The notes under the pieces: model-generated
Database searches by the model: none
Told to the model about the DNA's origin: nothing
Seen by the model: the letters and a program-made list of their open reading frames with translations, nothing else
Origin: an uncultured Candidatus Saccharibacteria bacterium
GTDB taxonomy: Bacteria; Patescibacteriota; Minisyncoccia; Phycocordibacterales; UBA918
DNA length: 64,000 nt
Assembly: GCA_964601615.1 (NCBI GenBank)
Contig: CAZRNZ010000001.1
Coordinates: 71,658-135,657 of the forward strand
Direction: 5' to 3'
Position numbers and translations under genes: made by a program
Part shown: positions 34,781-44,934 of the stretch, piece after piece
Layout: every line of letters begins with the position of its first letter
How positions within the stretch are numbered: the stretch's first letter is position 1

Positions 34781-35515
34781 ATGAATGATATAAACCAAAG
34801 TCAGACTTCTAGAAATAACAACGGTAGTTCTTTGGCTATTCCAATTGCTATTGTAGTTGGTTTTGGCCTAATTGCTTCTGCTATTTATTTTGGAGATTCT
34901 GGAAAAAAAGTTGTCGATATACAGAATAATCAAGGTCAGCAACAGCAAGCTAATTTAGAAGCAATTAATCCAATTACAGCCGAGGATCATATCAAGGGAA
35001 ATCCAAATGCTGAAATAGTAATTGTTGAATATTCTGATTTTGATTGTCCTTTCTGTCGTAATTTCCATACTACTTTGAATAAGGTTATGGATGAATATGG
35101 AGCAACTGGAAAAGTTGCTTGGGTTTATCGTCACTTCCCTCTAACTTCATTGCATCCAAGTGCAGCTCATATTGCTGAAGCTTCTGAGTGTGTGGCTGAG
35201 CTTGGTGGTACAGATGCTTTCTGGACTTTCTCTGATCTAGTATTTATGGAGAGAGGTACCAACGAGCCAACTAATATTGCTCGTTTGCCGGAGTTTGCTA
35301 CAACCGCTGGTGTTAATGCTGATGATTTTAAATCTTGTCTTGATAGTGGAAGAAATAAACCAAAGGTTGTGGAAGACTTCAATAACGCTGTTGCAATCGG
35401 TGGCACAGGTACTCCTCATTCGATAATTATTGCTGGTGATCAAAAGTTTGTTATCGAAGGTGGTGCACAGCCTTACGAGGTTGTTAAATCTTTGATTGAT
35501 GGTTTGTTGGAATAG
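34781..35515 (+). CDS. DsbA-like thiol:disulfide oxidoreductase (thioredoxin fold, CPFC)
   Basis: N-terminal TM anchor; EYSDFDCPFCRNFH. Confidence 0.75.
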   Translation: MNDINQSQTSRNNNGSSLAIPIAIVVGFGLIASAIYFGDSGKKVVDIQNNQGQQQQANLEAINPITAEDHIKGNPNAEIVIVEYSDFDCPFCRNFHTTLNKVMDEYGATGKVAWVYRHFPLTSLHPSAAHIAEASECVAELGGTDAFWTFSDLVFMERGTNEPTNIARLPEFATTAGVNADDFKSCLDSGRNKPKVVEDFNNAVAIGGTGTPHSIIIAGDQKFVIEGGAQPYEVVKSLIDGLLE

Positions 35516-35534
35516 TTTTTTTAATTAGAATAAA

Positions 35535-35568
35535 GAAAAAGAGCGCCGGCGAAGCCGGCGCTCTTTTT
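35535..35568. terminator. bidirectional terminator AAAAAGAGCGCCGGC-GAA-GCCGGCGCTCTTTTT
   Basis: GCGAAGC-core hairpin with A5/T5 flanks. Confidence 0.8.
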
Positions 35569-35581
35569 ACTTCCTTAACCT

Positions 35582-38524
35582 CTAAACTACAAATTTCTCC
35601 CCTGAAATTATCTCCTTAGAAACATGAATAATCACTTTCTTCAGTTCCTCAATTTCTTCATCTGTGACAATAAAAGAATGTTCTACTACTTCCCCGCTTC
35701 TTTCTTTTGGTTCGACGAAAGAAAGAGTAAAGTTTGGAGATTCTGACATTTCTGGATTTTGCAACTTAAGTAATAATGCATAAAAAACTAATTGTCGCTT
35801 ATATGCCCCACTACTACTTTTAGTTAAGCCTTCAATATCATTTCTGGATTTTGGTTTTCCAGTTTTGTAATCTACAACTTTTATTACCTGACCTTCTTTG
35901 TTGAAATCTAGTCGGTCAATTTTTCCTGTCAAAGGAATTTCTGGTAGATCAACATCTCCGGTTTCTAGTGTGACATGAACAGCTTGCTCGGTTCTAGATT
36001 GCTCATTAATGCCCTCAATTATGTAATTAATATAAGTAACTAGTGCAGGGAACGATTTTTCATGAAGAGAAACTTCATCGCTTTGGCTAAGAGGAAGTTT
36101 TTCTAGAGCATTATGTAGGTATTCAGAAATAACTTTTTCGTTAGGTTTAGTGTTTTCTCGGATATAAAGTCCAACTACTTTTTCCAAAACTTCGTGCACA
36201 GCCTCACCCTTTAGAAGCGACAAAGACCTTGGTTGAGGCTTACGTAAAAGATTCGCGAAGTAATACTTCATCGGATCTTCGATGTAGTTATTTAGATGAG
36301 TGACAGAAAGTCCGCGGGATAAAAATATACTTCTAATTAGTTCAGAATCAATTTTGATTGTTGGTAGTGGTTTTTTGAGAATATTGCTCGGGTCAAAATC
36401 ATTGCCTTCTTTCTCGGTAGAAATCACTTCCAACAAATCGGTTTCAATATCGTTTATAAAACGTGATGGTTCTTTTAGTTTTCCACTAGGATCATTTTCA
36501 CTACTAGATATATATAGACTCTTTTTGGCACGCGTCATTGCTACATAGAATAATCTACGATCGTCATCTTCTGGCCCAAAAGCTGAAATAGGTTCATGAC
36601 TCATTAGTGGCAACTTAAATAAGTCTCTTTTCGATGCTTTGCCAAAAGCATCATCACTGGCTCTCGGTATAAAGACAGTTTCAAATTCCAGTCCTTTTGA
36701 TTTGTGAGCTGTCATTACTTGTACTGCACTGCGGTCATTGTTGATAAATGGTGCGATCAAAGCCAGGTTGTGTAATCTGCGATACTGAAGTTCTCTAGCA
36801 ACATCAAGAGTGGTTGCTTTGCCGTTGGTGACAACCAAGTTTTCTACCTCATCATAAAGGCGACGTAGTATTCTAGTTCCTTCGATTGGCTCGTGAGTCA
36901 TTACATGGTCAAGTAAACCGCTCTTTTCAATTAAAAACTGTAGGACAAGGTGTGGCGAGGTTGCTGTGGTTTTTTTACGAGCCTCATTCAGTAGGTCACC
37001 AATTTGCAGAATTGAATCAATATCAGATACTCCGATTTCTTCTAGTTTCTCTCTGTTATTTATTAATCTAAAAATCGGCCAATATCTATTGCGGGCAGAT
37101 AAAACTAAAGCAATATCATTTCCGCTAGCCTTTAGCCAGCCACCAATCAATACCTCAAATAGACTTTCTTCAGTAAACGAACAGGTAGCAGAAAGTAAGC
37201 TCTCAACTGCTTTTGTAATTGGATGCTCAAGAATGTCACTATCCGCTGATGGGTTTACATCAATGTTATGACGACGAAGTAGACTAGCAATACCTTCCAC
37301 ATCAATATTTCTTCGTACGATTACTGCAATTTCATTAAGTGGAACTTTATTTTCAATTTGTTTATTTATTTCCACCACTAACCAGTCATTTTCAACTGCC
37401 TCGTGAGCAAAATAGCGAAATGAAGGTTTTATATTACTTTCTTCTCGAGCTGAGTTAAGTGGAATGCGCAGTCTAGAGATTTCTTCATCGTCAGATTTAA
37501 TCAAAGAATGAGCAGCGTCTAGTATCGCTTGTCCTGAGCGATAGTTTTCGGTTAAACCAACAACCTCTGTATCTTTGTAATGATCTTCAAAAAATAAGAA
37601 GTTATCCAAGGAAGCACCTTGGAAACGATAAATAGCCTGTTTTTCATCGCCTACCACAAATAGATTTGGTGAATCGTGATAAGAAGCTAGTGTCTCTAAA
37701 ATCTGATTTTGGGAAGAGTTTACATCTTGATGTTCGTCTGCCAAAATATATTGATAAGTTTCTTGTATATCACGAAGCATGTCTTCGTTATTTTGTAGAG
37801 CAGAAACTGTCTCAATAATCATGTCTTCAAAGTCAAAAAGTTTTTGTTCTCTGAGAACTGTTTGATACTGACGATAAACCTGACAAAGTTCTGTTAGTTT
37901 AGTGATACGCTTTTCCATATCAGCGTAAGCACCTCGCACCTTACCTTTATGGGCACCTTTTTCATGAAATTTTGGCTCATCATCAAGAATTTTTTGTAAT
38001 TCAGAAATACGCTCCGAAAAAATATCTGGAGTTATATATTCTTTCTTTAGCTCGTTAATAGCTGAAGGAATTTTTTTGACATAATAAAGTGGGTCACCAT
38101 GAGGTCGAAGACTAGGAAATTGTCCGCTGTCTATGATGTTTTGAATAATAGACAGCTTGTCTATGTCGTTACTTGGTCGTCCACCAATAATAGAAGGATA
38201 AGCATCTGGATATTGGCGAATGAGACTACCTGCAAAGCTGTGAAAAGTATTTACAGCAACTTTGTAACTAGCGTCGCCAATGTAGCGTCTAAGGCGCTCA
38301 CGCATGGCGTGAGCGCCTGCATCGGTAAAAGTAAGTGCCAAGATATTCTCTGGCTTTGTATCTGTCTTTAAGAGGATGTTTGCTATTCTAAGAGCCAGAA
38401 TTTCAGTCTTACCTGTTCCTGGCCCTGCTATTACCATTACAGGTCCTTCGGTCGTGTCCACTGCCTTTTTTTGCTGTTTATTGAGGTTTTTATAGGCCTT
38501 TTCAAAAGCTTCAGAGGTAATCAT
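35582..38524 (-). CDS. UvrD/PcrA-family helicase fused to a C-terminal PD-(D/E)xK (RecB-like) nuclease domain
   Basis: N-terminal Walker A AGPGTGKTE. UvrD motifs throughout. C-terminal GKIDRLDF...VVDYKTGKPK nuclease motif. 980 aa. Confidence 0.8.
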   Translation of the reverse strand: MITSEAFEKAYKNLNKQQKKAVDTTEGPVMVIAGPGTGKTEILALRIANILLKTDTKPENILALTFTDAGAHAMRERLRRYIGDASYKVAVNTFHSFAGSLIRQYPDAYPSIIGGRPSNDIDKLSIIQNIIDSGQFPSLRPHGDPLYYVKKIPSAINELKKEYITPDIFSERISELQKILDDEPKFHEKGAHKGKVRGAYADMEKRITKLTELCQVYRQYQTVLREQKLFDFEDMIIETVSALQNNEDMLRDIQETYQYILADEHQDVNSSQNQILETLASYHDSPNLFVVGDEKQAIYRFQGASLDNFLFFEDHYKDTEVVGLTENYRSGQAILDAAHSLIKSDDEEISRLRIPLNSAREESNIKPSFRYFAHEAVENDWLVVEINKQIENKVPLNEIAVIVRRNIDVEGIASLLRRHNIDVNPSADSDILEHPITKAVESLLSATCSFTEESLFEVLIGGWLKASGNDIALVLSARNRYWPIFRLINNREKLEEIGVSDIDSILQIGDLLNEARKKTTATSPHLVLQFLIEKSGLLDHVMTHEPIEGTRILRRLYDEVENLVVTNGKATTLDVARELQYRRLHNLALIAPFINNDRSAVQVMTAHKSKGLEFETVFIPRASDDAFGKASKRDLFKLPLMSHEPISAFGPEDDDRRLFYVAMTRAKKSLYISSSENDPSGKLKEPSRFINDIETDLLEVISTEKEGNDFDPSNILKKPLPTIKIDSELIRSIFLSRGLSVTHLNNYIEDPMKYYFANLLRKPQPRSLSLLKGEAVHEVLEKVVGLYIRENTKPNEKVISEYLHNALEKLPLSQSDEVSLHEKSFPALVTYINYIIEGINEQSRTEQAVHVTLETGDVDLPEIPLTGKIDRLDFNKEGQVIKVVDYKTGKPKSRNDIEGLTKSSSGAYKRQLVFYALLLKLQNPEMSESPNFTLSFVEPKERSGEVVEHSFIVTDEEIEELKKVIIHVSKEIISGEKFVV

Positions 38525-38622
38525 TGCTCAATTATATCACCCTATTTAGTACTAGATAAAACTTGCGATTTTTAACGAGAGGAGTACCATAACACCTTCG
38601 TTTTTAGTTAATTTAAAGAATT

Positions 38623-40719
38623 ATGTCCTCTATTCCATTGCTGTTGATGATTTTTCTCATGCTCAGCTTATCTTCATTGGCTGTTTTTTGGGCTAGACGT
38701 CTTGGTATCCCTCACACAGTATTATTGGTAGCCCTAGGTGTGGCTATTGGTTTTATCGCAACAATACCAGGATTTTCTTTTCTTAATGCTCTTCAGTTAA
38801 CTCCTGAGCTTTTGTTTTATGTATTTTTGCCTACCCTGATCTTTGAGTCAGCGTATAACATCAATTTACGTAAACTATATGAGGATAAAATGCCGGTAAT
38901 ACTACTTTCAGTTATCGGTCTTTTAATTTCTGCTGGTTTAATTGGATTGGCGCTTTACTTTATTTTTGGATTTTTAGGATTCCATGTGCCGCTTATTATT
39001 ACACTGCTTTTTGGGGCTTTGATTTCAGCTACTGATACAGCAGCGGTATTGGCTCTCTTTAAAGAGTATGGTGCACCTAGAAGATTGGCTTTAATTTTTG
39101 AAGGCGAAAGTCTATTTAATGATGCAACTGCAGTAGCTTTATTTTTGATTTTGTTACAAATTGCTGTGGTTGGTTTTTCTGGTTTTTCAACAGTTATGGA
39201 AGGTTTTATTGCCTTTACCCTCATGATGGTGAACGGAATTATTTTTGGTTTGATAGCTGGTGTGATTTTTTCAGAGTTGGTTGGTAGAACTCGTGATAAT
39301 GAAGCAGCAAGTATTACTCTCACAATTGTTTTGGCACACGTCACTTTCTTGTCAGCAGAGCTAATTTCTCATTATTGGGTTATTGGCGGACAACATATTT
39401 ATGTAGCCCCAATAATTGCTACCACAGTCGCATCTTTGGTGATGGGTAATTTTGGTCGTTCAAAAATTCATCCTAGAGCTGAGGAATTCGTTGAAAAACT
39501 CTGGAGTCAGATGGCATTTATTGTCAATTCAGTCATTTTCATTTTGATTGGTTTGTATTTTGTTTCTGTTCCTTTGGATCAGCCAGTTGTGTTAGTTTCA
39601 ATTATTATAGCTATTGTTGTTGTAGCTTTGGCTCGCACTCTTGCGGTTTACCTGCCGATTGGTGCTTTTAATTTCTTCGCTTCTCCAGAAAGAAAGGTTC
39701 CAAGAGAATGGCAGCATCTTTTGTCTTGGGGTAGTTTGCGAGGTGCCTTTGCGGTAGTTTTGGTTTTGATGGTGCCAGAAGATTTGACTGTTGCTGGTTG
39801 GAACTTCCCTATTAGTTTGCATGACTTTTTGCTGGCTTTGACACTTGGTTGTATTTTTGCCACAACCTTCATTAAGGCAACTTTGATGCAGAAAGTAATG
39901 AAGAAGCTAAAGCTCGATGTTCCAACTGATATTGAATCATTAGAATATCAAGAGGCTCGTGCTTTGATACACCGTACTGTAAATGAACGTTTAACTTATT
40001 ATAAAGATAGAGGTTATGTGAGTGAATTGGCTTTTGTTGAGCTAAGTCGTTCACATGCTAAAGAATATGATGAGGCGGTTTCGTTGGTAAAAAAACTGGA
40101 TAGTGGTTTGCTTGATGATTTAACTAAAAGAGTTATTCGCATATATGCTATTGGTATCGAAAAACGTCACTTGAAAGATTTATATCATTATGATGAAGTC
40201 AGTGAGTTTGTCTTCAAACGAATTATGCATAAACTCTCTCTTCAGCTTGAGTCTATCGAGCGTGGTGATATTGAATCCAGTGCGCGCATACACACAGATG
40301 GAGCTGGAGATATTATTGATAGCATTGTTATGCGTATTGCTGCATTCTTCTCGCCAAGGTCAAAGGAAGATAAATTCCTCGATTCTTATATGTACTATCG
40401 AGCCCAAGCAATAGTTTCACGAAAAGTTCTCAAAGAGTTGGGTGAGCTTAGTTCAGATGATGCTGAGAGCATCTTTACAAAAGAAGCTTATGAACATGCG
40501 ATTTATATTTACAATTCATTCCGTGATCAAACTAAGTCAAAGATTGATTTGATGAGTAATGAGTGTCCAGCTGTTGTAGAAAAAATTGAACGTGATCTAG
40601 CTGTTCGTGGAGTAGAAAAGGTAGAAGAAAAGACTCTTGACGAACTTTATGAGCGTGAACTTGTGACTCCAAAACTATACTTAAATCTGAAGAAAGAGTT
40701 AAATATTAGACATTCTTAA
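38623..40719 (+). CDS. Na+/H+ (cation:proton) antiporter, CPA1/NhaP-type, with a large C-terminal cytoplasmic domain
   Basis: 12-13 TM helices; conserved SATDTAAVLALF (NhaP ATDPVAV-like). Confidence 0.8.
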   Translation: MSSIPLLLMIFLMLSLSSLAVFWARRLGIPHTVLLVALGVAIGFIATIPGFSFLNALQLTPELLFYVFLPTLIFESAYNINLRKLYEDKMPVILLSVIGLLISAGLIGLALYFIFGFLGFHVPLIITLLFGALISATDTAAVLALFKEYGAPRRLALIFEGESLFNDATAVALFLILLQIAVVGFSGFSTVMEGFIAFTLMMVNGIIFGLIAGVIFSELVGRTRDNEAASITLTIVLAHVTFLSAELISHYWVIGGQHIYVAPIIATTVASLVMGNFGRSKIHPRAEEFVEKLWSQMAFIVNSVIFILIGLYFVSVPLDQPVVLVSIIIAIVVVALARTLAVYLPIGAFNFFASPERKVPREWQHLLSWGSLRGAFAVVLVLMVPEDLTVAGWNFPISLHDFLLALTLGCIFATTFIKATLMQKVMKKLKLDVPTDIESLEYQEARALIHRTVNERLTYYKDRGYVSELAFVELSRSHAKEYDEAVSLVKKLDSGLLDDLTKRVIRIYAIGIEKRHLKDLYHYDEVSEFVFKRIMHKLSLQLESIERGDIESSARIHTDGAGDIIDSIVMRIAAFFSPRSKEDKFLDSYMYYRAQAIVSRKVLKELGELSSDDAESIFTKEAYEHAIYIYNSFRDQTKSKIDLMSNECPAVVEKIERDLAVRGVEKVEEKTLDELYERELVTPKLYLNLKKELNIRHS

Positions 40720-40740
40720 GTTGGTTGAGGTTGTAAAATA

Positions 40741-40775
40741 AACAGCGCCGCCCAAAGGGCGGCGCTGTTTTATAA
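40741..40775. terminator. bidirectional terminator AAACAGCGCCGCCC-AAA-GGGCGGCGCTGTTTT
   Basis: 12-bp GC stem with A/T flanks. Confidence 0.8.
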
Positions 40776-40783
40776 AATCAATT

Positions 40784-42130
40784 TTAGTAACTCTTTAGTC
40801 GTCTAGCTTTTTCGTGCTGACGTATCTTCTCAAGAGCCTTAGCTTCAATTTGACGAATACGTTCACGAGTAACTCCAAATTCTGCACCAACTTCTTCAAG
40901 AGTGTGGTAAGTGCCATCAATCAATCCGTGACGCATCTCCAAAATCTTTCTTTCCTTTTCAGATAATGTGTCCAAGATTTCTAGAATTTGATCAGTTAAA
41001 ATACTGTGCGCAACTTCTTGATCTGGTGAAGTTATCTTGTCGTCGGCAATAAAGTCAGACAATCGTGAGCGATCATCATCATCACCAACTGGTAGCTCAA
41101 GAGAAATAGTGTCCTGACTGATTTTCTCAATCTGGTAAACCTTCTCAACTTCAACTCCCATCTCAGTAGCAATTTCCTCAGGCATTGGATCGCGACCTAA
41201 GTCTTGAGCTAGACGACGGCTAACTTGCTTGTACTTCGCCATAGTTTCCACCATGTGTACTGGAATACGAATAGTACGAGACTGGTCAGCTAGAGCACGA
41301 GTAATAGCTTGACGAATCCACCAAGTTGCGTAAGTAGAAAACTTAAATCCCTTAGTAAAGTCAAACTTATCTACAGCTTTGAATAGACCAAGGTTTCCTT
41401 CCTGAATAAGGTCAAGAAGAGTTAGGTCTGGTGAACGTCCAACATACTTCTTAGCAATAGAAACTACCAAGCGAAGGTTTGCTCGAGCTAGAAGGTTTCT
41501 AGCTTCGTCATCCCCATCGACAATTCTTTTAGCAAGCGTACGTTCTTCAAGTGCGCTAAGAAGTGGGTATTGTCCAATCTCGCGAAGGTACATTTGAATA
41601 GAATCGTAACCACTATCTTGACGACGATATGAATTTTTTTGAGCGATCATCTCATCGCTGTTGTCGCTAGAAAGAAGGCCACCATTTTGGAGAATATCCA
41701 CATTGGCAACACTAAATCTCTCGTATAAATCTTCTAGGAAATCAATATCCTTCTCAATCGTTGGGAAGAATTTTAAAATATCATCGTAAGTTACATAACC
41801 ACGATCTCTACCGATTTTTAGAATATCTTCAGCTTTATTGTTTCGGTCGATCTCAGCTTTCGTTAGCTTTTTAGGTTTTTTAGGAACCTCTTTTTTAACT
41901 GCTTTAGCCGGAGTTTTCTTAACTGCAGTTTTGCTAACTTTTTTGGTCGTGGTCTTTTGTGTAGCCTTCTTTGCTGTTTTCTTAACAACCTTCTTTGCTA
42001 CTTTTTTGGCAGGTGTTTTTTTTGATGCCGCAGTCTTCTTAGACGTTGTGGCCTTTTTTACTGCCTTCTTGGCGGTCTTTTTAACCGCTTTAGTTACCGT
42101 TTTTTTTGTCGCTTTTTTCTGCGCAACCAT
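40784..42130 (-). CDS. rpoD: RNA polymerase sigma-70 factor RpoD with a Lys/Ala-rich histone-H1-like N-terminal tail
   Basis: Region 2-4 motifs ([59 protein letters not shown]). The first 90 aa or so are [10 protein letters not shown]-type repeats. Confidence 0.9.
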   Translation of the reverse strand: MVAQKKATKKTVTKAVKKTAKKAVKKATTSKKTAASKKTPAKKVAKKVVKKTAKKATQKTTTKKVSKTAVKKTPAKAVKKEVPKKPKKLTKAEIDRNNKAEDILKIGRDRGYVTYDDILKFFPTIEKDIDFLEDLYERFSVANVDILQNGGLLSSDNSDEMIAQKNSYRRQDSGYDSIQMYLREIGQYPLLSALEERTLAKRIVDGDDEARNLLARANLRLVVSIAKKYVGRSPDLTLLDLIQEGNLGLFKAVDKFDFTKGFKFSTYATWWIRQAITRALADQSRTIRIPVHMVETMAKYKQVSRRLAQDLGRDPMPEEIATEMGVEVEKVYQIEKISQDTISLELPVGDDDDRSRLSDFIADDKITSPDQEVAHSILTDQILEILDTLSEKERKILEMRHGLIDGTYHTLEEVGAEFGVTRERIRQIEAKALEKIRQHEKARRLKSY

Positions 42131-42181
42131 AGGTGCGCCAACTATACATTATAGGAAACATTAGTCAATCATTGTCTGTGA

Positions 42182-43897
42182 TTAACTTATTTTGCTACGT
42201 AGCTCATTTAGGTAAGAAAGTAACTCCAACATCTTTGCTTCGTTGCCATTTCTCTCAGCTTCAATCAAATCATTCTTTGTGCTAATAATTGATTCTTTTA
42301 TTACTAGATCACTAAGTTGTTTTAATTTATCTCCCCACTCTTCTTTTACAAATTTTGGGTTTATTTCACTGAAGTGTTGCTCAACTTTAAAAGTAGCTTC
42401 ACTAAGTTTTTCTACCGGGATTTCTTTTTTAACTTCCTCAATATTTTTATTAAGTATCGTTGCAACTTCAGATTTTATAGTTTCGTATTCTGCGTCAGCT
42501 ACTACTCCATCACAAGCAATCAAAAAAGCTACTAAATCTTCCTTTCGTCCCGATGGTTGTTTTGGTTTTGATGGTTCCATTTGAGGTTTTGAATTTTCAG
42601 TTGTCGTTGTTTTTCTTTCTGGCTCAGTTTTATTTTCTATGCGAGATAACTCGAGTCTAATGGAATCCACTGTTGTATCTATTGCTTTAGCAACAATGCC
42701 AGCAAAATGATCGCGTTCAATACTACTTTCTATCTGCATTAAGTATGGCAATATTTCGTCACGAGCACGAATCTTGTACATACGTTCATCTTTAGCTTCT
42801 TCTTTTAAAACAGCTAGAAGAAATTCGATTACATGATTAGCTTCGCCGATATCTTTTTTTAGAAGTTTTGGGTCTTCTTTTACTAGGTCTGCTGGGTCTT
42901 TACCACCATGGAGTCTGGCTACTTTTAGATCAATTCCACGAGGAAGCATTACACCAGCAGCACGTTTAACCGCACTCACTCCTGCCCTGTCAGCATCAAG
43001 AGCTAGTACGAAGCGATTAGAAAGTCTTTGCAAGAGTGACACATGTCCTGGCGTAAGCGCAGTCCCAGATACCGCTACGGCATTTACGTATCCCGCCTGA
43101 TGAGATAAAACTACATCAAACTGACCTTCTACTATCAAAGAAAAATCTAATTTATGAATACCATGCTTAGCTTTATCGTAACCAAAAAGCGCCTCTGATT
43201 TATTGAAGAGTTCTGTTTCTGGGCTGTTTACATACTTTGGACTGTCGGTGTCTTTGGTTAAGATTCGACCAGAAAAGGCAATTACCTTTCCTGATGAATC
43301 CATAATTGGAAACATAATGCGGTCACGAAATACATCGTAAGGTTGCTTACCTTGGTCTGTTTGTTTGATTAGACCTGCAGCTAGTAAAATATCATCTTTG
43401 TAACCTTTGTGATTTAAGTATTCTTTTAGTTGTCGCCAGTCATTTGGGGCAAAACCAATACGCCATTTCTTAATGGTGTCATCTTGGACGCTACGGTCTT
43501 TTACATATTGATACGCAGCTTCATTTTTTGGTAGTTGTGTTTCAAAAAATAATGTTGCCTCTTCTAGTACTTGGAAAAGATTTTCTCGATGGCTACGTTT
43601 TTGTGGGTCTTCAGGTACAAGCTCTACGCCAGCTTTGTCTGCCAAAATTTTTAAAGCTCCTTTAAAATCGACCCCTTCCATCTTTGAGACAAAAGTAAAC
43701 ATGTCGCCTCCTTGAGATGATGAAAAACAAAAGTACATCCCGCGGTCGGGTGAGACATAAAATGATGGGGTACGTTCGTTGGTAAATGGAGACTTACCTT
43801 TGAAATTTTTGCCAGCTTTGTGTAGTTCAACGTATGGAGATATAACGTCTACGATGGAAAGTTTTTCTTTGATTTTCTGTACTGAATCGGAAGACAT
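42182..43897 (-). CDS. dnaG: DNA primase
   Basis: CHC2 zinc finger (...PFTNERTPSFYVSPDRGMYFCFSS...) and TOPRIM (IVEGQFDV). Confidence 0.9.
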   Translation of the reverse strand: MSSDSVQKIKEKLSIVDVISPYVELHKAGKNFKGKSPFTNERTPSFYVSPDRGMYFCFSSSQGGDMFTFVSKMEGVDFKGALKILADKAGVELVPEDPQKRSHRENLFQVLEEATLFFETQLPKNEAAYQYVKDRSVQDDTIKKWRIGFAPNDWRQLKEYLNHKGYKDDILLAAGLIKQTDQGKQPYDVFRDRIMFPIMDSSGKVIAFSGRILTKDTDSPKYVNSPETELFNKSEALFGYDKAKHGIHKLDFSLIVEGQFDVVLSHQAGYVNAVAVSGTALTPGHVSLLQRLSNRFVLALDADRAGVSAVKRAAGVMLPRGIDLKVARLHGGKDPADLVKEDPKLLKKDIGEANHVIEFLLAVLKEEAKDERMYKIRARDEILPYLMQIESSIERDHFAGIVAKAIDTTVDSIRLELSRIENKTEPERKTTTTENSKPQMEPSKPKQPSGRKEDLVAFLIACDGVVADAEYETIKSEVATILNKNIEEVKKEIPVEKLSEATFKVEQHFSEINPKFVKEEWGDKLKQLSDLVIKESIISTKNDLIEAERNGNEAKMLELLSYLNELRSKIS

Positions 43898-43994
43898 GTT
43901 GGTTATATTTTACACTATATTTTTTATGTTGACATATTTAGATTTTAGTGCAAAATATCGCGGTAACCAAGTTCTTTCCAGGGAGGTATGGAAA

Positions 43995-44195
43995 ATGAAA
44001 AAATCCTTTCTATACGCTGTTCTTAATTGTTTTATTCTAGGTATTTCAGCTGGTCTTACGTGTTTTAGTTACCTATATAGTGGGAATATCATACTTACTT
44101 CAGTTGGAGTTGGAGTTATTGTAGCTTTTAGTTTACTACTCATTATTTCTAATTTGTATGGAATTGTTAAAGTCATACACACTAAACCTGACTGA
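43995..44195 (+). CDS. small membrane protein (66 aa)
   Basis: GGGAGG RBS 8 nt upstream of ATG 43995; two hydrophobic helices. The track ORF is extended upstream into dnaG antisense. Confidence 0.4.
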   Translation: MKKSFLYAVLNCFILGISAGLTCFSYLYSGNIILTSVGVGVIVAFSLLLIISNLYGIVKVIHTKPD

Positions 44196-44248
44196 CATAA
44201 CTTCAAACCTAGACAATTCATTTGCCGGGGTTTTATTTTTTCTTGAGT

Positions 44249-44284
44249 TGGCGGCGGCGAAGCGAAGCTTCGCCGCCTTTTTCT
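44249..44284. terminator. terminator GGCGGCGAAGC-GAA-GCTTCGCCGCC plus T-run (two GCGAAGC cores)
   Basis: 11-bp arms with a GAA loop. Confidence 0.75.
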
Positions 44285-44352
44285 TTATCTTGCCAATTTG
44301 CCCTATTTTGTTATTGTTGCGACAGATTCGGCACATTAACTAGGAGGTGAAA

Positions 44353-44862
44353 ATGCTTAAAATCATCATCTCTTCCGAAGTTGTCGGGAAGGCTCTGATG
44401 TACGAGTATCTTGGTAAGAAAGGTGATCGTAAGTTTGTTCCTACTTATCAAGTGTATGTGTACGACGGTTCTCACTGTATTTTTAAATTTACTGTCACCA
44501 GACAATCTGCTAAAGAGGTTTTTCGTCAAGGTGAAGCTTTAGATTATGGAGAAAATGGAGAATGTCCGCCAGCTGATTTCTACCTAGGTAGAATCACTGA
44601 GTCAGGCAGACTTGGCTTCTCCATAATGCTTTATGAGAATTGGTGTCCAGCTAAAGAATCTTTGATTGGACGTTCGCATTTTATCCGAAAAGGCGTAAAG
44701 ATTCATAAAGGACCAGGTTCATCACTCGGCTGTATGATGGTTGCTGGTGGACAGCGTGGTTATAAAAGATTTGTCAAAGCTTTCACTCGTATCAATGAGA
44801 TTCATGGTCATATATTTCGTGTGGTTGTGGAAGATAGAGGTTTACTAAAAACCCCTGCTTAG
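44353..44862 (+). CDS. hypothetical protein with an H...S-x-G-C motif reminiscent of L,D-transpeptidase-like (YkuD/Tlde1, DUF2778-like) catalytic domains
   Basis: AGGAGG RBS 5 nt before ATG 44353; the track's GTG 44347 overlaps the RBS. No signal peptide. ...HFIRKGVKIHKGPGSSLGCMMVAGGQRGYKRF... Own promoter region and flanking terminators. Confidence 0.4.
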   Translation: MLKIIISSEVVGKALMYEYLGKKGDRKFVPTYQVYVYDGSHCIFKFTVTRQSAKEVFRQGEALDYGENGECPPADFYLGRITESGRLGFSIMLYENWCPAKESLIGRSHFIRKGVKIHKGPGSSLGCMMVAGGQRGYKRFVKAFTRINEIHGHIFRVVVEDRGLLKTPA

Positions 44863-44892
44863 GCTGGGGTTTATTTTTTAAGTAAACAAACA

Positions 44893-44926
44893 AAAAGAGG
44901 CGCGCCCTTTGGGCGCGCCTCTTTTT
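44893..44926. terminator. bidirectional terminator AAAAAGAGGCGCGCCC-TTT-GGGCGCGCCTCTTTTT
   Basis: Lies between the LDT-like gene and rpoC. Confidence 0.8.
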
Positions 44927-44934
44927 AATCAACT

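Noticed and set aside
44347-44349. GTG start for the LDT-like gene as given in the ORF track
   Set aside because: GTG 44347 overlaps the AGGAGG Shine-Dalgarno sequence itself. ATG 44353 has proper 5-nt spacing and is preferred.
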